Assembly: GCA_030390025.1 (NCBI GenBank)
Contig: JASTWF010000328.1
Span: forward strand, 62,001 to 126,000
Origin: Squalus acanthias
Lineage: Eukaryota
Direction: 5' to 3'
Length of the DNA: 64,000 nucleotides
Shown piece after piece: positions 27,916-39,400 of this stretch. The translations under genes were made by a program, and so were the position numbers. The notes beneath the pieces are model-generated. The model was not told the DNA's origin, ran no database searches, and saw only the letters and a list, made by a program, of their open reading frames with translations. The stretch's first letter is position 1, and each line of letters begins with the position of its first letter.

Positions 27916-27954
27916 TTACAAGCTTTCGGAACAGTTCGCTCCTTCGTCAGGTAA
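27916..27954 (-). ncRNA. Minimal hammerhead ribozyme motif (left arm)
   Basis: Minus strand ttac-CTGACGA-a-ggagc gaact gttcc-GAAA-gctt-gtaa. Confidence 0.75.
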
Positions 27955-28157
27955 GTTAGCAGTGACAGAATCTCCCAGAATTCACAATTTAAACACAGAC
28001 AAAATATATTCAAATCTTTCCTACATCAAAGAGCACAGCCAAGACAATGAGATGTGTCCCAGGGGATCCAACGTGTCAAACCACCTGCTGGCTGCATATC
28101 GAATATATTTTGTCTGTGTTTAAATTGTGAATTCTGGGAGATTCTCTCACTGCTAAC

Positions 28158-28196
28158 TTACCTGACGAAGGAGCGAACTGTTCCGAAAGCTTGTAA
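28158..28196 (+). ncRNA. Minimal hammerhead ribozyme motif (right arm)
   Basis: ttac-CTGACGA-a-ggagc gaact gttcc-GAAA-gctt-gtaa; stem I ttac/gtaa, palindromic AAGCTT at stem III. Confidence 0.75.
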
Positions 28197-28298
28197 AATT
28201 AACTAAATCTGTTGGACTATAACCTGGTGTTGATCTTTTGGTTGGACAAACACAAATTTACTGCAAATCAATTAAAACTTTAAATGAAACTTAACAAA

Positions 28299-31200
28299 TC
28301 AAATCAAAATTTGGAAGTCCGGGGTGACGATGCACTCCAGTCCCCGCGGCGCCCACCGGTCGCGGAAAAACTCAAGCGTGCCGGCGGACACCGCGTGCTC
28401 CATCTCCAGGGCCACCCGGGCGCGAACATGGCCGCGGAAGAGAGGCAGGCAATCGGGCCGAACGACCCCCTCGACCGCCCGCTGCCTGGACCAATTAATG
28501 GCTTTCTTGGCCAGGCCCAGGAGCAGTCCTACGAGGAGGTCCTCCGACCTACCCGCTCCCCTCCGCACCGGGTGACCGTAGATCAGGAGCGTGGGGCTGA
28601 AGTGCAACCAGAAATTGAGGAGCAGCCCCTTCAAATAATGAAAGAGGGGCTGCAACCTCTCACACTCAATATAAATGTGATAGACGGACTCCTCTAGGCC
28701 GCAGAAATGACAAGCAGCCTGGGAGTCCGTAAACCTACTTAAAATCCTATTGCACGGGACTGCTCCGTGCAACACCCTCCAGGCCAAGTCCCCAATAGAA
28801 CAAGGGAAGACTCCCGCGTAGAGAGCCTTCCAATGGGGACCTTCGCCTCCGCCGGACGGCAGGATGGTACGCCAAGGCGTGTCCGGACGGCAGACGAAGA
28901 TGGCAAAGTGGAGAGTGTGCAGGAGCAGCCCGTACAGGAAACGCCTCCGTGCGGATTGAAAGGGCACGGAGGGCATTTCTCCGAGAAGGCTCAAGTGGTG
29001 AGGCGGCGGCTCCCGAGGGAGGATTCGGGGCCGGGCGCCGATAAGGAATTCCGTCCGAACGGGGGTCAGTTCGGACGGGATCGCCCCACGTGCTTGAGCC
29101 TCCTCGACACACCTAGTGGAGACGGGGCCCAGTGCCACTTTTAGCGACTCGATGGCTTTGACCGCGAGCCGGACGTTGACCCAAGACATGCGCCTCGCCA
29201 ACTCCTCCGGCGCCATCCAGCCCGCTCCTCCGCCATCGAGCAGGTCCCCGACTCTGGTCACCTTACCGGGCACAGCCCTGCCCTCCGCCAGCCAGCCGAA
29301 CCCGCGGTCGTGGAGGTGCGGATTCCTGAACAGCGGCTCCCGAAGGACGGCCGCCGCTCCTGACGGGGGAGAACTGCGCTCGGAGGCGACGCTGTTCCAA
29401 ACCCATAGCAGTTCCTGGTAGAAGACAGGCAGCTCCCGCAGGCTGGCACGCGTGCCACCCACTCTCACAAACAGGAGCTGCGTGTCGTAATTGAGGCCGT
29501 GCAGCTGGCGGAAGAAATACGTCGCCAGCGCACGCCACCTAGGAGGATTCTCCACGTACAGGTATCTCTGCAGCGTCTGAAGACGGAAAGTCGCCGCCTG
29601 GGTGCGAAGGCACACCAGCGCCTGACCGCCCTCCCTAAGCGGGAGACTCAAAACCGCGGCAGAGACCCAGTGCTTCCTTTTGTCCCAGAAGAAGTCGACG
29701 AGCTTCTTCTGCATCTTGGCGACAAACGCAGGGGGAGGGATCAAAGTGATCAACCGGTACCACAACATGGCGGCCACCTGCTGGTTTATGACCAGCGCTC
29801 GACCCCTGTAGGACAACACTCGGAGCAACCCCGTCCAGCGTCCTAGGCGAGCGGTGACCTTGGCCTCCAGCTCTTGCCAGTTCGCCGGCCAGGCGTCCTC
29901 GGCCGGGCTGAGGTAGACTCCCAGGTAGAGGAGGTGCGTGGTGCTCCAGGCGAAAGGCCCGAACTCCTCCGGCAGGGAGTCCACCTGCCATGGGCCCACC
30001 AGGAGTCCAGAACATTTCTCCCAGTTGATCTTGGCGGAGGATGCGTCCGAGTAAATCTGCTGGCATTCTCGCATCCTCCGCAAGTCGACGGGATCCGTGA
30101 CCGCGAGGAGCACGTCATCGGCGTAAGCCGAGAGGACCACCTCCACGCCCGGCCCTTGCAGAGCCAGTCCCGTCAACCTCTTCCGCAAGAGGCGCAGGAA
30201 AGGCTCCACGCAAACGGCGTATAACTGACCGGACATGGGGCATCCCTGACGCACCCCCCTCCCGAAGCGAAGGGGCGCCGTCAAAGACCCGTTAACTTTA
30301 ATGAGACACTCCGCGGCGGCGTACAGAAGTCGGATCCGGGCGACGAAATGCGTCCTGAACCCGAATGCGCGCAGAGTCCCGAAAAGATACTCGTGATCCA
30401 CCCTGTCGAACGCCTTCTCCTGATCCAGGGAAAGGAAGGCGACCGACAGACCAGCCCTCTGGGAATGGTGGACCAGGTCCCGGACCAGATGGATGTTATC
30501 GTGGATACTCCGGCCCGGGACCGTGTAGGACTGGTCGGGGTGGATCATGCGGGCCAGCACGGTGCCAAGGCGAGCAGACATAGCCCTGGCGAAAATTTTG
30601 TAGTCCGTGCTGAGGAGGGAGACCGGGCGCCAGTTCTTAAGTAGGCGGAGATCGCCCTTCTTGGGCAGCAGGACGATGACCGCCCTGCGCCAAGAGAGGG
30701 GCATCTCCCCGGTCGCCAGACTTTCCCCCAGGACCCGCGCGTAGTCGTCCCCCAAGACGTCCCAGAACGCCCTGTGGAACTCCACGGTCAGCCCGTCCAG
30801 CCCCGGGGACTTGCCCCTCGAGAGCTGGCGCAGGGCGCCGGTCAGCTCCGCCAGGCTTAGCGGAGCTTCTAAATTCTCGGCGCCCTCCGGGCCGACCTTC
30901 GGCAGGTCCTCCCACAAAACTCTGCGCGCATCCTCGCTGGACGGATCCGAAGAGAACAGAGCCCCGTAATAGGCCCGGGCCTCCGCGCTGATGCCCTCCG
31001 GATCCGAGACCAGAGATCCGTCGTCGGCCAGCAGCCCCAAGAGCTGCTTACGGACCCCCCGTCTTTTTTCCAGCGAGTAGAAGAAGGGGGAGCCGCGGTC
31101 CAGGTCCCGCAGGAACTGGATCCGCGACCTCACGTACGCGCCTCGGGACCCGACCAGCTGCAGGTCCTTCAGCGCGCCCTTCTTCTCTTCGTACACCTTC

Positions 31201-32198
31201 CGCAGGGCCGGGTCCTCGACGACTTGACCGAGACGGGACTCCAGGTCGAGCACTTCTTTCTCCAATCGCCCGACCCGGGCCTCCCGCCTCTTGGTCGACC
31301 CCTTCGCGTACTCCTGACAGAAGACGCGGACGTGAGCCTTGCCCACGTCCCACCATAGCCTCAAGGAGGGGAAGCCTCCCCGCTTCCTTCTCCAGTCGGC
31401 CCAGAACCGGCGAAACGAATCCCGGAACCGCGCGTCCTCCAGCAGCAGGTTGTTAAAATGCCAGTACGCGGACCCCCCCCGTGCGCGCAGCGGAGCGAGC
31501 TCCGCCCACACCAGGTGGTGGTCCGTGCACGGCACCGGCCGCATGGAAGCCGCCGGAACGCAGGAGACGTACGCCCGGGAAATGTAAAGGCGGTCGATTC
31601 TGGACCTTCCTCCTCCAGACCTCACGCTCGTGAAGGCGCTGGAGTCGGGATGGAGATTTCGCCAGACGTCCACCAAGTCGAAGGACCCGACCAGGTCCCG
31701 CAACTTCTCCATCGCCGCCGGGCTTCGCGGGGGACCCGACCGGTCCCGCGCCTCGAGGGTACAATTGAAATCCCCCCCGAGGATGACGCACTCGCCCACG
31801 TCGATGGAGCCCAGAAGAGCGGACACTTCTCCGAAGAAGCGCACTTGCTGCGCACCGGTCCGGGGGGCGTACACGTTCACTAAATGGAGCGGCACGCCTC
31901 CCAGGCGAACAGTGACCTGGAGCAAGCGGCCCGGCACGTGCTCCTTGACCCTCAAGATCTCCGGCTGAAAATGCGGGGCCAGCAAGACAGCCACCCCGCA
32001 GGAATTGTTGGAGAGGTGACTCATGCTGACCCCTCCTTGCCACTCCAGGAGCCACGTGGCCTCGTCTCCCGGAACGGTGTGGGTTTCTTGCAGGAAGCAC
32101 ACCGCATATTTCCCGTCCCGAAGGACCGAGAAGTTATTGAATCTACGGCGCGCCTCCCTGCTGCCATTGATGTTGAGGCTGGCTATGGTTATCTTCAT
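28299..32198 (-). CDS. Tx1 ORF2 (APE endonuclease, RT, C-terminal zinc finger), copy A
   Basis: SLNING, FLQETH, GGDFNC, SRIDR, TDHH; LDQEKAFD, RQGCP, YADD; CHFC..H..C; ATG at MKITIAS. Confidence 0.93.
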   Translation of the reverse strand: MKITIASLNINGSREARRRFNNFSVLRDGKYAVCFLQETHTVPGDEATWLLEWQGGVSMSHLSNNSCGVAVLLAPHFQPEILRVKEHVPGRLLQVTVRLGGVPLHLVNVYAPRTGAQQVRFFGEVSALLGSIDVGECVILGGDFNCTLEARDRSGPPRSPAAMEKLRDLVGSFDLVDVWRNLHPDSSAFTSVRSGGGRSRIDRLYISRAYVSCVPAASMRPVPCTDHHLVWAELAPLRARGGSAYWHFNNLLLEDARFRDSFRRFWADWRRKRGGFPSLRLWWDVGKAHVRVFCQEYAKGSTKRREARVGRLEKEVLDLESRLGQVVEDPALRKVYEEKKGALKDLQLVGSRGAYVRSRIQFLRDLDRGSPFFYSLEKRRGVRKQLLGLLADDGSLVSDPEGISAEARAYYGALFSSDPSSEDARRVLWEDLPKVGPEGAENLEAPLSLAELTGALRQLSRGKSPGLDGLTVEFHRAFWDVLGDDYARVLGESLATGEMPLSWRRAVIVLLPKKGDLRLLKNWRPVSLLSTDYKIFARAMSARLGTVLARMIHPDQSYTVPGRSIHDNIHLVRDLVHHSQRAGLSVAFLSLDQEKAFDRVDHEYLFGTLRAFGFRTHFVARIRLLYAAAECLIKVNGSLTAPLRFGRGVRQGCPMSGQLYAVCVEPFLRLLRKRLTGLALQGPGVEVVLSAYADDVLLAVTDPVDLRRMRECQQIYSDASSAKINWEKCSGLLVGPWQVDSLPEEFGPFAWSTTHLLYLGVYLSPAEDAWPANWQELEAKVTARLGRWTGLLRVLSYRGRALVINQQVAAMLWYRLITLIPPPAFVAKMQKKLVDFFWDKRKHWVSAAVLSLPLREGGQALVCLRTQAATFRLQTLQRYLYVENPPRWRALATYFFRQLHGLNYDTQLLFVRVGGTRASLRELPVFYQELLWVWNSVASERSSPPSGAAAVLREPLFRNPHLHDRGFGWLAEGRAVPGKVTRVGDLLDGGGAGWMAPEELARRMSWVNVRLAVKAIESLKVALGPVSTRCVEEAQARGAIPSELTPVRTEFLIGARPRILPREPPPHHLSLLGEMPSVPFQSARRRFLYGLLLHTLHFAIFVCRPDTPWRTILPSGGGEGPHWKALYAGVFPCSIGDLAWRVLHGAVPCNRILSRFTDSQAACHFCGLEESVYHIYIECERLQPLFHYLKGLLLNFWLHFSPTLLIYGHPVRRGAGRSEDLLVGLLLGLAKKAINWSRQRAVEGVVRPDCLPLFRGHVRARVALEMEHAVSAGTLEFFRDRWAPRGLECIVTPDFQILI

Positions 32199-32223
32199 CT
32201 CAGAAGCATAGTGCAACCTCTAC

Positions 32224-34381
32224 CTAACGGAGGGGAGGGAGGGCGGTCACTGACGACCGCCACTCCCTCAGCAGCCCAGTGTGGAAGCTCTTGAGCCGAC
32301 GCAGCTCGAGCCGGCCAACGTCCTTGTCCGCGCCCATGATTTTAACGGCGGCGCGGATGGACACGACGAGCAGCGCCAGCTCCGACCACTTGTCGAGGGC
32401 CAGCCGGATCTTCTTGTGACGACCCTGGCTCACGGCCATAAAATCCCGGAGTTCCCCTACGGGGATGAGGGGAGAGTCGGTGAAGGGCACGAGGGCGTCC
32501 ATCACCTCGCTGCCGATGGACTCCAAATCGTCCTCGTTGCCCAACACCGAGTCCCCGTCCTCCTCCGGGAGGTCGTCACCGGCGGCCAACCCGTCCGTCA
32601 CACAGGGTGCAGCGAACGGCTCGGCCGCACCGGCCGGCCCCGCCTCCGTCACGATCCCACCCCCAGGATCGGTGGCAGAGGAGTCCACCCTGGGCTCCTT
32701 CAGGGGCGCCGGGCCGGGAGGCGGCGGCGGCGGTTCGGGGCCCCCCCCCGCCTCAGGCGCCGGAGCGACCGGAGAAACCGGGGAGAAAATAATCTCAATT
32801 TCCTCCAGCACGTCCGGCGCCAACATCAGAGACGGAGTCAGGGGGCTTTCTGTCTCCCCGCCACCAACCTCCGACCCAGCGGGCTGGGGATTGTTAAAGT
32901 CCTCCACCAGGTCGAGCAGTCCCTGGGAGATATCTGGATTGTAAAAGGCGGGCTCGGCTTCAGCCTCTTTGGCCTCGCCCGCCCCAGTCCCCAGGACGCC
33001 CGACCCGGCGAGGAGCAACGGTTCCGTAACTACATTTCCCTCCGCGGGTTGTTCCGCGCCCCCCCCCCACAGGCAGGGTCTCTTCCCCATCCCCGGGAGG
33101 CACAGGTCGGACAGACTCGGCTGTCTCACCCTCCCGAGGGACAGACGACCCCTGCCGATCGCGCGCGACGATGACGGTGGTGGGGTGGGGCGCAGCACCC
33201 GCGGCGGGCGACTGCCCCCCTTTTGCGGAGGGACCTTCCTCCTCGCAGTCCTCCTGCTGGGGGCGGAGCTTTCTTTTTAACAAGTTGGGGCCCGGAGAGG
33301 GGGAGGCCTCCATGTCTGCTGGGGCCTCCCTCTCTGCCCCCTTCCGACGACTGGGTTTCTTGGGCCCCTCGGGCCCGAGCCCGGCCGCAGGTCTTGATTT
33401 AGCCGCCTCGGCGGTTGCGGTCACGGTCACGGGCCCGGGCACGAGGACCCCCCCAGTCTCATGCGTCCCGACCAACTCCGCGATATACTCGGGCGTGAGT
33501 TCGGTCAATTCCGATGTTTCCTCCGCGAGGGGATCCGCCCTTAGGTGTTTAGTTTTCCTACGCGCCTTCCTTCCCCCCGGACGCTCTCCCTCCTCCCCGC
33601 CGGAGGCCGTGGTGGTGTTGGCCTCCGATTTCGACCGCGCATCCGTCGCCGTCGACGCGCGGACAGTATCAGGGGGAGGGGGGGCGGCGGCGCCAACCCT
33701 GGCCGCGCCAGGTGTCGTGGCGGCCTTGGAGGCGGGGCAGTTTTTGCGGACGTGCCCCACCTCCTTACAGGCGTAGCACCGCACGCCGTCCGAGGTCCAG
33801 AAGACGCGGTGGGCGGTGCCCCCGTGGAGCACCGTGAACGCGCCGTCCGCGTCCTCCTCCCGCGCCAGCCGGACGAAAAGCTGGCGCCGGAAGGAGAAGA
33901 CGTGCCGAAGGCTGGCTTCCCGGAAGCCGAGCGGGATGGGTGTGATCCCCGACCTCACCTCCCCCAGTTGACGTAGGTGGGGGAGGAGGAGCTCACCCGG
34001 AACAAAGGGCGGGACGTTGGAAACCACAATCCTTTGCGCGGTGGCCTCAAGGGGGTCCACCGGCAGGAAGGTCCCGCCCACGGTGAGCCCCTTCTCGATG
34101 GCCAGGGACACCGCCCGCTCCGACCCCAGGAAGAACACAGCCTTGCCGTACATTTTAGAGGCGGCGACGATGGCTGAAGGGCCGACAACCCCAGCCATGG
34201 CTTTTACACACGCCTCTATTGTCATATTGGGGTGAGTGTAGCTCTTGACCCCATTCTTCCTCGTAAGGAGGGTAAAAGGTGACGGGGTAACAGGAGGACT
34301 CGTGGCTGCGGCCGTGGCCGCGGCTGCCACGCTCGCATACGTCCTCGCTGCCCCCGCCACCGACGAAGATGTACTCGCCAT
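32224..34381 (-). pseudogene. Tx1 ORF1 copy A, +1 frameshift in a homopolymer at ~33059-33068
   Basis: C10 versus C9 in copy B; CYACKEVGHVRKNC knuckle; may be a sequencing error. Confidence 0.75.
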
Positions 34382-35475
34382 AATGGAGGGTTCTTTAAGG
34401 GCTACACTCACCCCAAGTCACAGGCCTGAAGGTGTTAATGGCCTCGGTTTTTTTTTTGTTTTCCCCTGAGCAGAGGGAGCTCTTAAATTGAAGGCACACC
34501 TCTCCCTTTTTATGAATTAATTAGGAGAGGGGCCTTCTGCCCTCTGCTCAATGGGTACTTAATAAAAGTAAATTGAGGTGCCTCTTAGAGAGAGAGGCAG
34601 AGAGAGACAAGAGACAAAGAGAGAGAGAGAGGGGGTAGGAAGGAGGGAAGCCGCAAGGGCAGGGTCGCCACTCAGGATGGTGGGTGGGTGGGTGTTGGCA
34701 GGGGGGGTGCACTCTCCGATGTAATAAAAGTCTTTGGTGGTGGTGGTCTTCTGGTGGGGGGAGAAGATGTCTTCACCTGGGATAGCTGGAGATGCCCAGG
34801 CTCAGTCCTGCACCAGGTCTTAACGATGCCCAATTGGATTAAATTAATTGGGGAACTTCACCTAGGCAGCTCCAGCTGTCCCAGGTCAGGCAATGGGAAA
34901 GGGGTGTTTAATATGGTGTGTGCGGCCTAGCTTTTACAGAAGCCACACACACTCACACACACACCCCTTAGATGTTCCGGCCTTCTTTTCTTCTTTCCTC
35001 CCCCCACCTACAAAACAAAGTCTCTGGGAGAGTGCCCCAGAATCACACCCACCTGTAGCTGTTGTTCTTTCCTTCCTCCCTCCTTCCAAACAGATGATGG
35101 ATGTTGTCGATGTTTTCTCCCCTCTCTCCCTCTCCTTAAATGGAGGCCAATTGAGGAGGCAGTGTGGAAAGGCCTCTCCTTTGATGTTGATGGCCTTGGC
35201 CTTCCCTTCTTTTCACTCTCCTCTCCTGTCCTCTCTCTCCAGGCACCTCAGTTGTGGTTGTTGGTTGTTGGTGGTGGCCTGCTGTCTGGTCTCCTTCTCC
35301 TTCTCCTCTTCCTGCTCACAGAGACCACCACTCTGCTGCTGCTGCTCCTCCGTCAGCAGCTCCGAAAGCTTGTGATTTCAAATAAAGCTGTTCGACTATA
35401 ACCTGGTGTTGCTCTTTTTGGTTGAACCCAAATTTACTGTAAATCAAATTAAAACTTTAAATGAAACTTAATAAA

Positions 35476-38400
35476 TCAAATTAAAATTTGAAAGTCCGGG
35501 GTGACGATGCACTCCAGTCCCCGCGGCGCCCACCGGTCGCGGAAAAACTCAAGCGTGCCGGCGGACACCGCGTGCTCCATCTCCAGGGCCACCCGGGCGC
35601 GAACATGGCCGCGGAAGAGAGGCAGGCAATCGGGCCGAACGACCCCCTCGACCGCCCGCTGCCTGGACCAATTAATGGCTTTCTTGGCCAGGCCCAGGAG
35701 CAGTCCTACGAGGAGGTCCTCCGACCTACCCGCTCCCCTCCGCACCGGGTGACCGTAGATCAGGAGCGTGGGGCTGAAGTGCAACCAGAAATTGAGGAGC
35801 AGCCCCTTCAAATAATGAAAGAGGGGCTGCAACCTCTCACACTCAATATAAATGTGATAGACGGACTCCTCTAGGCCGCAGAAATGACAAGCAGCCTGGG
35901 AGTCCGTAAACCTACTTAAAATCCTATTGCACGGGACTGCTCCGTGCAACACCCTCCAGGCCAAGTCCCCAATAGAACAAGGGAAGACTCCCGCGTAGAG
36001 AGCCTTCCAATGGGGACCTTCGCCTCCGCCGGACGGCAGGATGGTACGCCAAGGCGTGTCCGGACGGCAGACGAAGATGGCAAAGTGGAGAGTGTGCAGG
36101 AGCAGCCCGTACAGGAAACGCCTCCGTGCGGATTGAAAGGGCACGGAGGGCATTTCTCCGAGAAGGCTCAAGTGGTGAGGCGGCGGCTCCCGAGGGAGGA
36201 TTCGGGGCCGGGCGCCGATAAGGAATTCCGTCCGAACGGGGGTCAGTTCGGACGGGATCGCCCCACGTGCTTGAGCCTCCTCGACACACCTAGTGGAGAC
36301 GGGGCCCAGTGCCACTTTTAGCGACTCGATGGCTTTGACCGCGAGCCGGACGTTGACCCAAGACATGCGCCTCGCCAACTCCTCCGGCGCCATCCAGCCC
36401 GCTCCTCCGCCATCGAGCAGGTCCCCGACTCTGGTCACCTTACCGGGCACAGCCCTGCCCTCCGCCAGCCAGCCGAACCCGCGGTCGTGGAGGTGCGGAT
36501 TCCTGAACAGCGGCTCCCGAAGGACGGCCGCCGCTCCTGACGGGGGAGAACTGCGCTCGGAGGCGACGCTGTTCCAAACCCATAGCAGTTCCTGGTAGAA
36601 GACAGGCAGCTCCCGCAGGCTGGCACGCGTGCCACCCACTCTCACAAACAGGAGCTGCGTGTCGTAATTGAGGCCGTGCAGCTGGCGGAAGAAATACGTC
36701 GCCAGCGCACGCCACCTAGGAGGATTCTCCACGTACAGGTATCTCTGCAGCGTCTGAAGACGGAAAGTCGCCGCCTGGGTGCGAAGGCACACCAGCGCCT
36801 GACCGCCCTCCCTAAGCGGGAGACTCAAAACCGCGGCAGAGACCCAGTGCTTCCTTTTGTCCCAGAAGAAGTCGACGAGCTTCTTCTGCATCTTGGCGAC
36901 AAACGCAGGGGGAGGGATCAAAGTGACCAACCGGTACCACAACATGGCGGCCACCAGCTGGTTTATGACCAGCGCTCGACCCCTGTAGGACAACACTCGG
37001 AGCAGTCCTGTCCAGCGTCCTAGGCGAGCGGTGACTTTGGCCTCCAGCTCTTGCCAGTTCGCCGGCCAGGCGTCCTCGGCCGGGCTGAGGTAGACTCCCA
37101 GGTAGAGGAGGTGCGTGGTGCTCCAGGCGAAAGGCCCGAACTCCTCCGGCAGGGAGTCCACCTGCCATGGGCCCACCAGGAGTCCAGAACATTTCTCCCA
37201 GTTGATCTTGGCGGAGGATGCGTCCGAGTAAATCTGCTGGCATTCTCGCATCCTCCGCAAGTCGACGGGATCCGTGACCGCGAGGAGCACATCATCGGCG
37301 TAAGCCGAGAGGACCACCTCCACGCCCGGCCCTTGCAGAGCCAGTCCCGTCAACCTCTTCCGCAAGAGGCGCAGGAAAGGCTCCACGCAAACGGCGTATA
37401 ACTGACCGGACATGGGGCATCCCTGACGCACCCCCCTCCCGAAGCGAAGGGGCGCCGTCAAAGACCCGTTAACTTTAATGAGACACTCCGCGGCGGCGTA
37501 CAGAAGTCGGATCCGGGCGACGAAATGCGTCCCGAACCCGAAAGCGCGCAGAGTCCCGAAAAGATACTCGTGATCCACCCTGTCGAACGCCTTCTCCTGA
37601 TCCAGGGAAAGGAAGGCGACCGACAGACCAGCCCTCTGGGAATGGTGGACCAGGTCCCGGACCAGATGGATGTTATCGTGGATGCTCCGGCCCGGGACCG
37701 TGTAGGACTGGTCGGGGTGGATCATGCGGGCCAGCACGGTGCCAAGGCGAGCAGACATAGCCCTGGCGAAAATTTTGTAGTCCGTGCTGAGGAGGGAGAC
37801 CGGGCGCCAGTTCTTAAGTAGGCGGAGATCGCCCTTCTTGGGCAGCAGGACGATGACCGCCCTGCGCCAAGAGAGGGGCATCTCCCCGGTCGCCAGACTT
37901 TCCCCCAGGACCCGCGCGTAGTCGTCCCCCAAGACGTCCCAGAACGCCCTGTGGAACTCCACGGTCAGCCCGTCCAGCCCCGGGGACTTGCCCCTCGAGA
38001 GCTGGCGCAGGGCGCCGGTCAGCTCCGCCAGGCTTAGCGGAGCTTCTAAATTCTCGGCGCCCTCCGGGCCGACCTTCGGCAGGTCCTCCCACAAAACTCT
38101 GCGCGCATCCTCGCTGGACGGATCCGAAGAGAACAGAGCCCCGTAATAGGCCCGGGCCTCCGCGCTGATGCCCTCCGGATCCGAGACCAGAGATCCGTCG
38201 TCGGCCAGCAGCCCCAAGAGCTGCTTACGGACCCCCCGTCTTTTTTCCAGCGAGTAGAAGAAGGGGGAGCCGCGGTCCAGGTCCCGCAGGAACTGGATCC
38301 GCGACCTCACGTACGCGCCTCGGGACCCGACCAGCTGCAGGTCCTTCAGCGCGCCCTTCTTCTCTTCGTACACCTTCCGCAGGGCCGGGTCCTCGACGAC

Positions 38401-39375
38401 TTGACCGAGACGGGACTCCAGGTCGAGCACTTCTTTCTCCAATCGCCCGACCCGGGCCTCCCGCCTCTTGGTCGACCCCTTCGCGTACTCCTGACAGAAG
38501 ACGCGGACGTGAGCCTTGCCCACATCCCACCATAGCCTCAAGGAGGGGAAGCCTCCCCGCTTCCTTCTCCAGTCGGCCCAGAACCGGCGAAACGAATCCC
38601 GGAACCGCGCGTCCTCCAGCAGCAGGTTGTTAAAATGCCAGTACGCGGACCCCCCCCGTGCGCGCAGCGGAGCGAGCTCCGCCCACACCAGGTGGTGGTC
38701 CGTGCACGGCACCGGCCGCATGGAAGCCGCCGGAACGCAGGAGACGTACGCCCGGGAAATGTAAAGGCGGTCGATTCTGGACCTTCCTCCTCCAGACCTC
38801 ACGCTCGTGAAGGCGCTGGAGTCGGGATGGAGATTTCGCCAGACGTCCACCAAGTCGAAGGACCCGACCAGGTCCCGCAACTTCTCCATCGCCGCCGGGC
38901 TTCGCGGGGGACCCGACCGGTCCCGCGCCTCGAGGGTACAATTGAAATCCCCCCCGAGGATGACGCACTCGCCCACGTCGATGGAGCCCAGAAGAGCGGA
39001 CACTTCTCCGAAGAAGCGCACTTGCTGCGCACCGGTCCGGGGGGCGTACACGTTCACTAAATGGAGCGGCACGCCTCCCAGGCGAACAGTGACCTGGAGC
39101 AAGCGGCCCGGCACGTGCTCCTTGACCCTCAAGATCTCCGGCTGAAAATGCGGGGCCAGCAAGACAGCCACCCCGCAGGAATTGTTGGAGAGGTGACTCA
39201 TGCTGACCCCTCCTTGCCACTCCAGGAGCCACGTGGCCTCGTCTCCCGGAACGGTGTGGGTTTCTTGCAGGAAGCACACCGCATATTTCCCGTCCCGAAG
39301 GACCGAGAAGTTATTGAATCTACGGCGCGCCTCCCTGCTGCCGTTGATGTTGAGGCTGGCTATGGTTATCTTCAT
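35476..39375 (-). CDS. Tx1 ORF2, copy B (intact)
   Basis: Same motifs as copy A. Confidence 0.95.
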   Translation of the reverse strand: MKITIASLNINGSREARRRFNNFSVLRDGKYAVCFLQETHTVPGDEATWLLEWQGGVSMSHLSNNSCGVAVLLAPHFQPEILRVKEHVPGRLLQVTVRLGGVPLHLVNVYAPRTGAQQVRFFGEVSALLGSIDVGECVILGGDFNCTLEARDRSGPPRSPAAMEKLRDLVGSFDLVDVWRNLHPDSSAFTSVRSGGGRSRIDRLYISRAYVSCVPAASMRPVPCTDHHLVWAELAPLRARGGSAYWHFNNLLLEDARFRDSFRRFWADWRRKRGGFPSLRLWWDVGKAHVRVFCQEYAKGSTKRREARVGRLEKEVLDLESRLGQVVEDPALRKVYEEKKGALKDLQLVGSRGAYVRSRIQFLRDLDRGSPFFYSLEKRRGVRKQLLGLLADDGSLVSDPEGISAEARAYYGALFSSDPSSEDARRVLWEDLPKVGPEGAENLEAPLSLAELTGALRQLSRGKSPGLDGLTVEFHRAFWDVLGDDYARVLGESLATGEMPLSWRRAVIVLLPKKGDLRLLKNWRPVSLLSTDYKIFARAMSARLGTVLARMIHPDQSYTVPGRSIHDNIHLVRDLVHHSQRAGLSVAFLSLDQEKAFDRVDHEYLFGTLRAFGFGTHFVARIRLLYAAAECLIKVNGSLTAPLRFGRGVRQGCPMSGQLYAVCVEPFLRLLRKRLTGLALQGPGVEVVLSAYADDVLLAVTDPVDLRRMRECQQIYSDASSAKINWEKCSGLLVGPWQVDSLPEEFGPFAWSTTHLLYLGVYLSPAEDAWPANWQELEAKVTARLGRWTGLLRVLSYRGRALVINQLVAAMLWYRLVTLIPPPAFVAKMQKKLVDFFWDKRKHWVSAAVLSLPLREGGQALVCLRTQAATFRLQTLQRYLYVENPPRWRALATYFFRQLHGLNYDTQLLFVRVGGTRASLRELPVFYQELLWVWNSVASERSSPPSGAAAVLREPLFRNPHLHDRGFGWLAEGRAVPGKVTRVGDLLDGGGAGWMAPEELARRMSWVNVRLAVKAIESLKVALGPVSTRCVEEAQARGAIPSELTPVRTEFLIGARPRILPREPPPHHLSLLGEMPSVPFQSARRRFLYGLLLHTLHFAIFVCRPDTPWRTILPSGGGEGPHWKALYAGVFPCSIGDLAWRVLHGAVPCNRILSRFTDSQAACHFCGLEESVYHIYIECERLQPLFHYLKGLLLNFWLHFSPTLLIYGHPVRRGAGRSEDLLVGLLLGLAKKAINWSRQRAVEGVVRPDCLPLFRGHVRARVALEMEHAVSAGTLEFFRDRWAPRGLECIVTPDFQILI

Positions 39376-39400
39376 CTCAGAAGCATAGTGCAACCTCTAC

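Larger units (their letters stand above)
27867..28232. mobile_element. Penelope-like family A element with inverted terminal repeats; right end continues at 49777-49828
   Basis: 27867-28011 is the reverse complement of 28101-28232 plus 49777-49789; 28020-28080 matches the reverse complement of ~21727-21795; TSD TGAGTATATTGAA at 27854-27866 and 49829-49841. Confidence 0.88.
28233..35411 (-). mobile_element. Tx1-clade non-LTR retrotransposon, full-length copy A (7179 bp)
   Basis: ~1-kb 5'UTR, ORF1 with CCHC knuckle, ORF2 APE-RT-zinc finger, short 3'UTR. Confidence 0.93.

Noticed and set aside
27867..28232. MITE or DNA transposon with TIRs
   Set aside because: The arms are PLE terminal repeats homologous to 21555-21966, are unequal in length and carry hammerheads.
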